A stretch of DNA of 64,000 nucleotides, taken from positions 744,001 to 808,000 of the forward strand of contig NW_027271045.1 of assembly GCF_040938485.1 (NCBI RefSeq), written 5' to 3'. A program made the position numbers and the translations under genes. This document shows, in pieces, positions 33,642-45,600 of the stretch. The first letter of the stretch is position 1, and each line of letters starts with the position of its first letter. Under the pieces are notes generated by a model. It worked only from the letters and a program-made list of their open reading frames with translations. It was not told where the DNA came from and did no database searches. This DNA comes from Diadema antillarum. Its lineage: Eukaryota.

Positions 33642-36248
33642 ACAGCAGGCATAAAATGCTGCAATGAGTATCAACTATGTCGATAGATGGATGTAATGTT
33701 CTGTTTTAAGGTTTCAGCTGCACATTGACCGTGACTGAGACAAGTTCTATACAAAAGTATACTGACTCTGCTCTCTCATTCTGAGTTTGTAGCTGCAAAT
33801 GAAAATGTTTTCATTGGGTCGCAAGGCAAGCAAGCGGTGCAAAGGACATCGGAGCAAGGATTCAAGTGAGCTTCTCAAACGAGAGGAGCAAAATTTTAGT
33901 TTAACCCTTTAAGTACTAACAAAATTAGCATGCAAGATGAACAATTATAAAATCAAATTCGAGAAACAGCTTTCATTGTACAGTCATAATGACGGCTATC
34001 TTTTCCCCGTTTTAAAGTATAATTAGAGTCGGGAGGGTTCACACGAAACAGAATTAAAATTCAATCCTTTAAAAACAAATATATTCAACAAAGCAAACCA
34101 GCATACCATTTTTTTTTCACACATGCCTATTCTGGGCAGATTCTTTTGGCGTGAAACCACACGAATGCTGATAAACACCTGTTTTAATCGGCATAGGTCC
34201 TACTGCACATGACAGAAATAGTACCACAATTATCATCGTTTTAAATTTAAACCTTATGAATCACTACAAGCTGCAGTTTTTAATTCAATTGCATTTTAAG
34301 TGTATTATCTCATGAGCACAAGCGAGACGTTTGATACATCCTTTAATCACTTTGAAGATTATCTTTTTCCAATCACTGTGCTGAATTATCTAAAAATACA
34401 TTTCCGGTATCAAACCATTGTGGACAGTAATAGTGAATTACAGCGCTTTTTATTCCACAGTGAGCCAAACAGCTGCCAGATGTCGATCACAAAGCATTGA
34501 TATGCATACTATGGACGATAATTTCCCTTTAAAGTTATGTTGTATTCAAGGAAAATGTAGGCTATCGCTGTAAACAATTGTAAAATATTATTGTATTATT
34601 TCATAAAAAACAAACAAATTGTGACACATTGGACTTAAGATATTAACATATGACCCCTTGATAGTAGATGGACGATAACATCAATCATCAAAATGTTGTC
34701 ACGAAAGCTATAATATTCAAAGGGTTTTTTTCAACTTTTATAATAAACCTTTATAATGATTTATCCCATTTGATATTGAAAAAAAAGTGTTTTAACGAAA
34801 TTAAAAGGCAAAACAAACACTCACTCAAACAAACAAACCGTATTGTCTTTTCGTTGTTGAAATTTGTTTTGATGTAATAAATGCTGGCTTTTTATCATTT
34901 CCTTTTGATTTTATGTAGCAGTACAGTCTTTAGCATTGACACACCTAGTATTGTTTGCATAGTGAATGTGTGAAAGTTTGCTTGTATGGAGGGAAAGGCA
35001 GACAACTAACTTTAAAACAACGCTTCATTCTTTTTCGCCACTGGTTGTTAATTGTCTATCTGTTAGCATACGTAGTCTCTAGCACACCCACTGCAAACCG
35101 TTGAAGTACTACGACATCAAGAACGACCAGGGTAACCAAAGAATTTGCATTTGTATTGTAATACCATGTATACAAGTTATGTGTTTTAAACTCAAATTTA
35201 ATTTTCCATGTCATGCAATGCCGCTATTCGCAGCGCAGTTCCGAGTGACTTGAAACGGCTACCCTGCTACAAGAAAAAAGGAGTAAATAAAAAAAACCCG
35301 AATCACTTAAATTTCACTCAGTAGCCATAACACTTCGATAGCGATTTTGATAAGAAAACTATATTAGGTGACTAAAAAATAAACAAACAAACAAACAAAG
35401 AATCCATCTTATTCATTTCTCATTTGTCTTTTGTTGCTGTTGTTGTTGTTGTTGTTGTCGTTGTTGTTTTTGTTGTTACCTTGGTCGTTTAAGTATTAAA
35501 CAATAACGACAGACACTGAAGAACATACTACCGCACAAGGTAAAAGTCAGGGAGCACGAGTACGTGAGAATGGTATGGTACGCCCTTAATGAGAACTTGC
35601 AATGTCGTTGTAACAACCGTTATCTGCTTTCTCAGACGGTCAAAGATATTTCCACTTAACTTCAAAGTTTCCTTATCCAGGGCATGCGAGGTTTCCGCTG
35701 GGTGCGACGCTACGTCTGCTTAAAAGGAGACTACGGAGAACTAGCTATTAAAGGTTGCCTCAATCAGCAGGGCTTATGGCACCTTCTCTGGATAATTAGT
35801 ACAGGAAAGATGGACATGCGTGGCGAGTTTGTTTGGTCCGGCAAGTGACCATCGGGATTTCTATAGGTGGATGTCATATCATGGCCTAAAATTAGTAACA
35901 GAGAGCGAGGATAGCGGAAGTTTTTACCTAAATTGAGCAAACTTGAGATAAACGCTAATCCCTCTCTGCGTCCAAAATGTCACGCGTTCCAACCCTTCAT
36001 CAGTATTCATTATCGCCAGGATCAATACCTGATTCAATTTTGTTTTCTTTCTTTCGCTCTTCATCAGTCTTCACTTTCGACTTTGATCTTACACGCTCTA
36101 CCTTGCGTTTGCACTATCCATCCACGTGATGAAGTGCAGACCGCATCAGCTGTAAAAATCTATTATCTAATTGGTTGGAAACTGGATGTAGGCCAGACTG
36201 AGTATAGAACGAATGATCTTAACTATCTACCGTTCATTTGTTCTTTAA

Positions 36249-36632
36249 AGGGGCTGTACAGTACTGGTTGAGGTGAGGATTCAGGTTTATAACATTCCTA
36301 AATGAGATAATGAGAAACCTCTTATGAAATATGAAAGAGCATGCAATTTTTAGAAGGATTCAACGTTTATTTGATGAAAATTGGTTTTCAAATGCCTGAG
36401 ATATCCAAAAAAGTGATTATAATAAAAGGAGACAGGCCACGCCTTTTATTAGGATCTCTTTGTTTCACCTTGTTTTTGGATATCTCAGGCATTTCAAAAC
36501 CGATTTTCATCAAATAAACTTTTGATACCCCTTAGAATTACATGCTCTTTGACATCTCATAGAGTGGTTTCTGAATATCTCGCAAAACGTTAAAAGCTAA
36601 ATCCTCACCTCGACCAGAACTTTACAGCCCCT
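36249..36632. mobile_element. Kolobok-like non-autonomous DNA transposon (TTAA TSD)
   Basis: TTAA|AGGGGCTGTACAGTACTGGTTGAGGTGAGGATT ... AATCCTCACCTCGACCAGAACTTTACAGCCCCT|TTAA; largely palindromic interior. Confidence 0.75.
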
Positions 36633-38023
36633 TTAACTTTAAAAAGTAGTCTCCTTGATTTGAAAGCGTAGTCAATTACACAATCAATGATTTCCTTGCA
36701 ACATTTACAGCGGTCATGACTTTACAAGCTAAACCTCGTGTTCTGTTCATTTACAATAACAGGCAAGCATATTTTTTCCGATTTGGTCAAAAGGAATTGT
36801 TCCTCTTTCATTACTAAGCAATTTAGAGTGGCTCGATGAAGGTATAAGCAATGGAGGTGATTTGGAAGCAAAATGTCCATCGGCTTATTGAACTTCTTTA
36901 ATAAGAAATTATGTGAGCAACACTGAATCTCAACGTATCATAGGGAATGCACCGGAGGATTACCTCGTAACAGACAGAATCTTCAATGTGCTGGTTAAAA
37001 ACATGAACCTGTTGCGATCAAAAGCCAGTGAGAATCAGTAAGAATCACAGGAAACAGGTGCTTACTGGTAATTTACTATGGAGCATGTGTCGAAATGTGT
37101 TGTTGGTTTTGTCACTGTTCCTGTTCAAAATGTAAGTGCACGCCTTTGTTCTTGAGCACGTACATCGAAAGAGTGATTCATGCTGGGGAGTCATGACTCA
37201 TAATGTTATACCATCTCTTGTACATTGGAAATGTGTCTTCAGCATTGTTCGTTGAAATTCATTAAAAATATATATATTTCGGAATTAGATCTTCGTCTGG
37301 AGTAAAAAATGATAAGCATTATGACGTACAGATCTAACTTTACAGATGTATTTGATTCTATAAAAAAAAACATGTTTACAAAAATCGAAACACCTCTTTT
37401 ACCAACAATAACAATAATATATGTAGTATTTTTCCCATATTCAAAACAAAGTAAGCCCCCTTCTGGAGCACAGAGGAGACTTCCAATTGAAATTGTTGTT
37501 ATACATTCTGTACTTTACAATTATTTCAATTCAATTCAATTCAAATCAATTCATTTATTTTCATTCTTCTTTTTCCAACAAAACATAACAAAGAATAGAT
37601 CAGGAGTTATATCATAAACATACATTCAAACTTTGCAAAGGATAAAATGATACAGATAAACGTAAGAATGCACACTGGCAAAAATACAAAGTTATGTTAT
37701 ATTCTGGTAATTCGAGTTTCTTGAGCTGCAGAATATGTTGCTATTCATGCTATTGTTGTCGTCGTCATTGTTGTAGTTGTTTTGTTTTTCTCTTTTTATG
37801 TGCTTTTCTATTTTCTTTCGTTTGTGATGCCGTCAATGCTGATCCGAATGCATGTCAAATTTGAATACAGCAACTCTTCCGAAATGCGTTCCACAAGCTG
37901 GACGTGTTATTCTCCTGCTCCTCGTGTCTTGTAAGGCTACAGGGTGAAACTTGCCGAGTATAAGTACCTACAACATTCTCAGCAAGGCGCTTCGCACTCT
38001 CTGTTGTTTATGTAAAGAGTGTA

Positions 38024-38877
38024 TTCATTCATTTATTCATTCATTCATTCATTCATTCATTCATTCATTTTATTTCCACACGGTCACTTGTTTCAGCCAC
38101 AGGCTGTTCTTCAACAAGTCCATGCATCTAAGAAAAAACACAGTTAAAACACATGATACAGAAACATGATACAGAAACATCATGATACACAAAATACACA
38201 AAATGCATGTATACCTCCCATCGTGTGTACTTATCACGTTTATATCTTTAATTTTTTGGAAGTCGGACAAGGGGTTACGCTGTTGAGGCAAGCTGCAGTT
38301 CAGATATGCTTCACATTCTGGTGACATTTTGCCCCCTTTTTGCCTCTCTGCCGTTCTGTCGCTTCCCAATCACTGGTATTGAGCAAATAGGACAGCATTA
38401 AAGAAACATGTCAACGTAATCCTAGCTCTAACGAGGGTGAGATGTGTAGGAAGAGCAGTAATTAAAGACTATCAACCTGCCCGAAATGCGGTTTCCGCTC
38501 AACAAGAAATTGAGCACCCTATTGCTTGAGGGAACTTTTGAACGAGTTCAACGACATAGAGGGTGTTAGCGGTGTGCTTACCTAGCATCTTTGTTTATTT
38601 TTCTGAGTTGGGGAGGGGAAGGGAGCTTTCTGGTTATCAGTGTAAATAAGTAAATAAATAAATGAATGAGTAAATAGATAAATAAATAAATAAATAAATA
38701 GATAAAAGTACAAAACGTTTGTCACAAACCGCTTATCTACAAATAGTTGTGTTATACAGTATTATATTATGAAATAACATTACATTTTGCAATGCGCTCC
38801 AGCTTTAATAGCGTGACGAAGCCGAAGTGCACTACGTCGAAAATAAAAGGCCAAGCCGTGTTTTATACTATGTTAAT

Positions 38878-38933
<56 letters not shown>

Positions 38934-39012
38934 GCCGTCCTTCATTCAGACGTTGATTATCAAATTCACAAATAGAATAAAATGAAATAAAATAAAATAA
39001 AATAAAATAAAA
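38024..39012. repeat. Cluster of simple repeats: (ATTC)n ~38024-38068, (TAAA)n ~38645-38700, (TA)n ~38880-38930, (AAAAT)n ~38975-39012
   Basis: Direct observation. Confidence 0.85.
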
Positions 39013-39166
39013 TAGAGCAGAATAGACCTCTTGAGATGGCACTACCATCAATTGAGACGCTCACACCAGATTGCCAGAGCTCAAGATAAAAAATAAAAAA
39101 AATCAGAAAGCATGATGTTAGGTGTTCTCATGAATTACGGGGAGTAATAGTATGAGTTTGAAATGG

Positions 39167-40001
39167 GTGTTGTTGTTGTTGTTCATTTTCCATCTGTGAA
39201 GATGGCTGGATAGCCCATATTCAGCTACACTAAGCTGGTCTTCCATGGGGTCCAGTTGGATGTGGGGTGGGACCACTTCACCGGGTTAGACACCCTGCTC
39301 TTTGCGATGAATGAATGAAGCGGGATCTTTTACGTGCATGAGCTGTGACTCTCTCATACACGGGACCTCCATTTTATGTCCTATCCGAGGGACAGAGTGT
39401 TTTGCCTCTTGCTAGAGGGGACGTGTTAAACCCACAAATGTAAAAACACCCACAAATGTAAAAACGCCCACAAATGTAAAAATACATCGCCCACAAATGT
39501 AGAAAATCGACCACTTAATGTAAAAATTTAACATCGCCCACAAATGTAGAAAACGCCCACTAATGTGAAAATAATTTCAAAAGTCGCCCACAAATGTAAA
39601 AACGACAAACTACTATAGTACGTTGATATATATAGACTCACTTCTCCAGGATAGCAGTGCACTTCTTGTAAAATAATGTGTACGTGTACGGAGACGAGTG
39701 CGTGTGTGTGGGTATATAGTAGTGGAGAGTTCGGCGGGGGAGATGTGTGTGCGTGTGTCTGTCTGTGTGTTACGGTGTGCTGCGTGTCACACCTTTCCGG
39801 CGGGCAGCTGCGCCTCCGAGCAAGTTACGCGGGCTTGTTGCGGGTAATAGCAGTACAATTTCTGCGGATGGACAAAGATGTTAAAAAAGTTCCGTACTTG
39901 CGTTTTACCTGCTAGACGCGTGCCACTTACCTGCTATTTGCATGCCGACCTGCCATGGAGTATCGTTGCATGTACTACTGTGATAAACGCTTGTCTTCTG
40001 T

Positions 40002-40040
<39 letters not shown>

Positions 40041-40890
40041 CGTGTGTGAGTGTGTGTGTGTTTTCCTGCAAGTTTCTGTTTCTGGGCGGCGGGTGAGGAC
40101 TGACTTATCTGCAAAGGAATCCCTCTGAAGTAATTTGAAATGGCAGAAAGTCATACAGAATGTCTATATACTCTCAACTAACCAGCAGAGAGGCAGTAAC
40201 TGACCCTCAACATGCACGGAGATGACCGGCGACACTGGCAAATCAGACTTGCGTGCGCATCTCCGGGTACTAGTGCGGGGCAACACCACTGCAGGGAGCT
40301 CCGGAGGAAAAAAAAAAAAGAAGAGAAAACTCCCCGTAAGTCAACCCGTAGGCTTCCCCAGACACGATGTGACAAGGCCTTAGTTTTAGAGCTCCAGTCC
40401 CTATATGTCGCTCGTAACTGAAAACGGATCGGCTTCGACAGGTCACAGTACACGGAATACATGCAATTAAGTAGCGCGCGTCTAGTAGTGTAAGACGCAC
40501 GAAATAAGGGTCTACATTAACGCCCACTTAGTAGAAATACGTCAACCACAAATGTAAAAAATTTTTACATTTGTGGTTGATGTTTGAATTTTTTACTACA
40601 TTAGTGGGCGTTTTTTACATTTGTGGGCGCTGTCGTTTTTACATTTGTGGTTGATTTTTTTTTACATTTGTGGGCGGTGTTTTTTACATTTGTGGGCGAT
40701 TTTTACGTTTGTGGGCGATGTATTTTTACATTTGTGGGCGTGTTTACATTTGTGGGCGTTTTTACATTTGTGGGTTCAACAGGACGGTATGTTTACACAC
40801 AACATTGCTCAGTCAAGACTCGGGTTCGAACCCGGGCCGCGTGATCGTGAGGCAGACGCGCTACCGACTACCGACTGAGCCAACTCACCC
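39167..40890 (-). mobile_element. tRNA-derived SINE with Deu/Nin-like domain, split by an inserted DNA transposon
   Basis: Head has A box TGGCTCAGTCGG and B box GGTTCGAACCC (40890-~40820). Body GGATAGGACATAAAATGGAGGTCCCGTGT...GCACGTAAAAGATCCC. (ACA)n tail at ~39167-39183. The two halves rejoin seamlessly once 39424-40781 and one TSD copy are removed. Confidence 0.8.
39424..40781. mobile_element. Non-autonomous Ginger-like DNA transposon (TGT...ACA termini, 5-bp TSD GGACG, long TIRs built of CCCACAAATGTAAAAA repeats)
   Basis: Left end TGTTAAACCCACAAATGTAAAAAC matches the reverse complement of the right end, TGTTGAACCCACAAATGTAAAAAC. GGACG at 39419-39423 and 40782-40786. Superfamily inferred from termini and TSD length. 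Confidence 0.8.
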
Positions 40891-43256
40891 AGCGTATAGA
40901 AATCGCTTCCCGTATCATTTCCACGACAACTGCAGTGTCTTAATGTCTGATACTTACTGTAAGAGGTGCAATGATTTATAGTGATAGCTTTGTCAGTCGA
41001 AGTAAAAATAGAGTAGGTGGGTACCTGATGGCCAGTTAACAAGGTGTACAGTGTAGGGCGAGTGAAAAAATACAATGCGTAAGTATAATTTTGTTAAAGA
41101 AGGCATTGAATGTATCATGACGTGAAATATAGGAATGGATATTCCACTTGCGAGAAAGGGTATCGAGCAAATTGGAAACACTGAATGGCAAGGAGAATTA
41201 AACAGCAAAATATTGAAATTAATGGAACTTAATTCAGAAAGGATCACATTCTCTCGATTAAAAGATTATATATTCTCTCAAAATATCTGCTCTTATTTGT
41301 TGACACTTCTCATTTCTAATGTGTGGGGATGCTGGAGATATACACCTCCCCACACCTGCTCTCCTGTTCACTGGCACAATATGAAAATATCCTGATTTTA
41401 AGATGTATCCATCCCCCACTTTCTAGTACGACAGGGTCTACCTGAGGCAGAATTTTTTGGGAGTTATTGCGGAAGCAGGGGTGCATGCTTCTCTTATTGC
41501 TGCATAGCTGTAGGTAAATACGTCTCATTCATCCGTATTTGCTCATTCAAATCTATGTTTGCCTATCTCACGAGATAACCTCCAACATCGCTTAATATAT
41601 CTTTCAGAAGTTTACCCCAATTGGCAATCAAATTCACTGGTCGGTGTGAGTTTTAAAAGGTCGCCCCAATACAGAAGACCACAGATTGAGACTTAATGAC
41701 ATTATTCCAGTGCCAAGATATATTACTCTGCCAGCGAAATGCAAGTATATGTATATCGATGCCGGCATAAGAATCTCGGCAGTAAGCTTTTACAATCATC
41801 ACATCGTTAGAAATATTCTAGCACAATTTAAAAAAAAAAAATGATGTGTTTGAGAAGAATTATCGAAAAGGTATAAAGCTTAATCTTACCTTTACATATC
41901 CCACTTTCAGTCCTCAATGGATGACTGCCGGTTTCATTTAAGTCATTTTGTCAACATTTAAACAAAAAAATAAGGTGTTATAATAATGATGCGCTAAAAT
42001 CTATGTTGTAAACTTAATATTAATTATCACGGGATCGTTGAAACTTTATAGGTTGTCCATTCACAACTTTTATGCCACCGGTTACTGAAAATTCAGATAT
42101 TACTCCTGTTGATGAATGCTTTTAAGAAGCAATGATGAAGACTAGCAAGACAACAACAAGTTCATCATAAAACATTGAATATTATATGTGCTTTTGCAAA
42201 ACAAAAATTCAACAAGACCCTTTTTATGTGGTCATGATGTTTGAATATTAGAACTATGTATGTAGACGTTTTATATAAACAGCATAGGTATTTTTTCGAG
42301 GTTGGGGTGAGCGGGCAGGAGTGGTTTGATATTTCTTGAATGTTCTAGACTCATACTTTGCTTCCTACACTAATATTTTGCAGATGTTACGAAGATGTTC
42401 CATGTTTGATGTAAGTTATGGAGATCCCGACGGCTTGTTTGCTCGTTCCACTCGCTCAAAATGACGTTAAGAGTTCGACAAAATGTTATAACAGTCATAC
42501 CGCTTCCCACTGCGTCATGGCCAAGGGTTGCTTCACCAATATGTAATCCATTATCTTAAAGTCAACACTGTGACACTAAACGCTGTGTGTTCTTGGAGTA
42601 GGACAGGCCAGTGAACGCGTATAGACAACGCACGATAGGTTATAGGTACAGAAAGCATAATGCAGTTATGGTGTAGTTGATAATTTTCGCTGTCCCTAGC
42701 TGTTCTTCTGTTGGAATTGTTAATCAACCGCTGTCGCGTCATATTGACCGGTACGTACCACTACTTATGATATAACTTATGTAGGTGGTCTTAAGGGTGG
42801 TCTAATTCTGTAACCTTCATCTGAACTTGATACTGCTGTCCCATTCACGGTTGAAAGGGGAGTGAGAGAGCCGTGTCTTGTACTCGTCTCAAGTAGGCCA
42901 TGTATAACATTATGAAATGGTTGTTTGTTTGTCGAGCTGTATAAAGGTGTTTAAGGGAAGAAAATGTTTGTTGTCCATAATTCCATATTGATATCTCGTA
43001 ATTTTTTTCTTCCACTTGTTCGCATGTGAGTGAAAGAGTATCGGATTGCATCGAATTATATTCATAGAGAATACGTAATTATGAATTTGAACAACTTTAG
43101 TGTGGGTTGGTGTTCTGTGTGTGCGTGTGCACTACAGGTTTGTGCCAGTCATTTAATAATGGATAGTTTAGGCAGTTTGTTACGAATGACCAACTGCATA
43201 GTAGGTTACAAACTTATTAGTGACGTGTTTTTTATTGTTCGATTTTGTTTGGTTGT

Positions 43257-43288
<32 letters not shown>

Positions 43289-43480
43289 GGCTACTTAAGA
43301 TACAGATATCACTGGTTTTACTCGGCTGCAGAAATACTGAATTTTGTTTTGTAAGCGTACGTCAGAAACATTATTGTAAATGATTGTACTCCTTGATAAA
43401 AGTAGGCCCACTTGTCAGCAATAATTATTGTTGAATTACCTCCAGTCTTTATTGACATTTTATTCAGGACTGCTGCCACC

Positions 43481-44710
43481 ATGGCCACCTTGCAGCCCAT
43501 TAACGTGAGGAATCTCACCTGTCCAATTTGTCAGGAAATCTTCAAACAACCTACACTGCTTTCTTGCTCTCACACGTTTTGCAAAGCCTGTCTCCAATGG
43601 GTGTTGGACACACAGATCAATCAGCAGAAGTTGAAGTGTCCTGTGTGCAAGAAGGACACTCAAGTGCCTGACGGAAACTTGGGGAAGCTCCAAGCGAACA
43701 GAGCTGTTCTCTCTTTGCTAAAAGAAATGGCAGCACGTGGGGTGACCTGCATGAACTGTGACCCAAACTTGAGGACACCTGCCATCTCTTACTGTCTGCA
43801 TTGCAACGAGAACTTGTGCGCCTCTTGTCATAGGATACACTCTGGATGGAAAGGGTTCGCGCACCATCAAACGGTCGACATCAAAGCCGTGATGAAGGGG
43901 AAGATGTCATTGAAAAGACGCAGGAAGTGCTTGAAGCATCCTGGCGCGGACGAGGAGCTTTTCTGCACCGAGTGCCGTCGCTACGTCTGCGCGAAATGCG
44001 GAGTGACGGAACATGCACGCATGGGTCGGCAGGTGATAGAGAAAGTAGCTCTCGAAGAGCAGTTACAGGAGAAAGTTAATGCTTTGAAACACCAAGCAGA
44101 CTTGAAGAAGAAGTACCTTGAGGAGCGGATTGAGGTGATTGAGATGAAACAAGTAACGGTGAAGAAGATGATGGAGTGTGTCTGCGATAGTATCCACAAG
44201 ACTTACGACGAGTACATCCAGCAGCTGACAGAAAGAAGAGATGTACTTAAACATGACCTCAGTCAACTGTTCGAGCAGATAGAGGCTGATTTACAGACTA
44301 TGGTTGCGGAGAAGCGAAAGATGATAAGTCAAGTCGATGGTGTGACGAGCTTACTTGGTCGGAGCATGAATTTGAGTCTACCCTTTGAGGAAGAACCACT
44401 GTACGCTCGAGAAACGCTTTGTGAAAACATAGAGGACCTTGTCAAACGTAAGGATAACGACGATCATCATCTAAAGGTCCTGATCGAGCGAGCACAGGGC
44501 ATAGCTTTTAGTAAAAACATTTGCAGGAATGAACTGAAGCTAGGAAGACTAATAGTTTCTCCTTCTAAATGGGGGTTGAATACCGAAGTAAACCTACTTC
44601 ATGATCACAATATGAACTACGTGTCTGCCAAAGCCAATGAAAGGATCTCGCCTCGAGAAGGCAATAGAAGAAGGGTTCGCATCCATCTGCCAGAGGACGG
44701 GCTTCAGTAG
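43481..44710 (+). CDS. TRIM-family E3 ligase (RING, B-box1, B-box2, coiled coil), 409 aa, C-terminally truncated
   Basis: Acceptor ttattcag|43468 and Kozak GCCACCATGG. RING CPIC...CSHTFC..C...CPVC. B-box1 CMNC...CLHC..LC..C...H..W..F..H. B-box2 CLKH...FCTEC...VCAKC...EH. Long heptad region follows. Resembles the TRIM56/TRIM2-3-like expansions of echinoderms. Confidence 0.88.
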   Translation: MATLQPINVRNLTCPICQEIFKQPTLLSCSHTFCKACLQWVLDTQINQQKLKCPVCKKDTQVPDGNLGKLQANRAVLSLLKEMAARGVTCMNCDPNLRTPAISYCLHCNENLCASCHRIHSGWKGFAHHQTVDIKAVMKGKMSLKRRRKCLKHPGADEELFCTECRRYVCAKCGVTEHARMGRQVIEKVALEEQLQEKVNALKHQADLKKKYLEERIEVIEMKQVTVKKMMECVCDSIHKTYDEYIQQLTERRDVLKHDLSQLFEQIEADLQTMVAEKRKMISQVDGVTSLLGRSMNLSLPFEEEPLYARETLCENIEDLVKRKDNDDHHLKVLIERAQGIAFSKNICRNELKLGRLIVSPSKWGLNTEVNLLHDHNMNYVSAKANERISPREGNRRRVRIHLPEDGLQ

Positions 44711-45600
44711 TCAGGGATGTTCCTAAGAACGGTTTGCGGATTGGCTGGTGCTCGACTACGGGTAATGCACTTGCCTTTAACGACACCTCACTCTCTTTGG
44801 CCCGAATTCACGAAGGTGGTACAAATGAAACCGTTGTTTAAACCATGGACAAAAACCATGGAGCGCCAAGTGTCGCACTGAATATTCTGTCCGAAATTGG
44901 TCATTAACTTTCGTTGACAAATTGACCGTTTTGTATCATTTCGTGGATGAAATGTTCCTTTAGTTACGCAATAGTGTCATTTCGTGACAAAATAATTATT
45001 TCATCGACGCATTGACTGATTTCTGAACGAAATATTCCATACGACACTTGGCACTCCATGTTTTTTGTCCATGGTTTAAACCATGATTTCATTTGTACCA
45101 CCTTCGTGAATTCGGGCCTCTACGTCCAGTTGGGAGAGGTCCGCAGTGATTAGGCCTCCTCTGAGTTAAATAATGAGGTTGCGTAAACAAAAAGTGTTGC
45201 TATTGATCTTGATGGCAACACACATGTTGGATAGAGAATGCCCATAAGACGGCTCATGTCTTTAGCTGGGGGGAGGTGGTGGGGTGAGTGCCGACGGAGA
45301 AGCATTTACTGTCAATCTTCTATGCTATCCTAGAGTGCAACCTGTGTATCAATTAGATTTTCCAAACACTTTACCATATCCTGAAAGTTGAATCGGGGGC
45401 GCTACATTTGGAGACACTATAGCATTTTGAATAAAATCCAGAGCTCTGAATAGTGACCAGCGGTACGATGCAGATAAATGAACAAAACTATCTCAACAGT
45501 ACCTCTTAATATTATTATACCACCAATCGCCCCAATATAGCACCCGTCACCCTGCAATGAAACAAGAGAGAAGCGGTCTCTCTTAATTCTGTCTAACCCA
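44711..45600 (+). pseudogene. Decayed beta-propeller (NHL-like) remainder of the TRIM gene
   Basis: Fragments in shifting frames: RFADWLVLDYG*, LTLY (across the MITE), SSWERSAVI, KSVAIDLDGNTHVG*R. Multiple stops and frameshifts. Confidence 0.55.
44798..45119. mobile_element. Harbinger-like MITE inserted in the TRIM C-terminal region
   Basis: TIR GGCCCGAATTCACGAAGGTGGTACAAATGAAA with an exact inverse at the right end; near 3-bp TSD CTT/CTA. Confidence 0.85.

Noticed and set aside
39430-39605. Direct repeats with variable spacers resembling a CRISPR array (also 40560-40775)
   Set aside because: Spacers are only 0-15 bp, the two blocks are inverted copies forming TIRs with a TSD, the context is eukaryotic, and no cas genes are present.
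40815-40890. Possible tRNA gene
   Set aside because: It has A and B boxes but a duplicated GTCGGTA, no complete cloverleaf, and it runs into a SINE body and tail.
41135-41395. 86-aa ORF upstream of the TRIM gene
   Set aside because: No recognisable domain or convincing splice signals.
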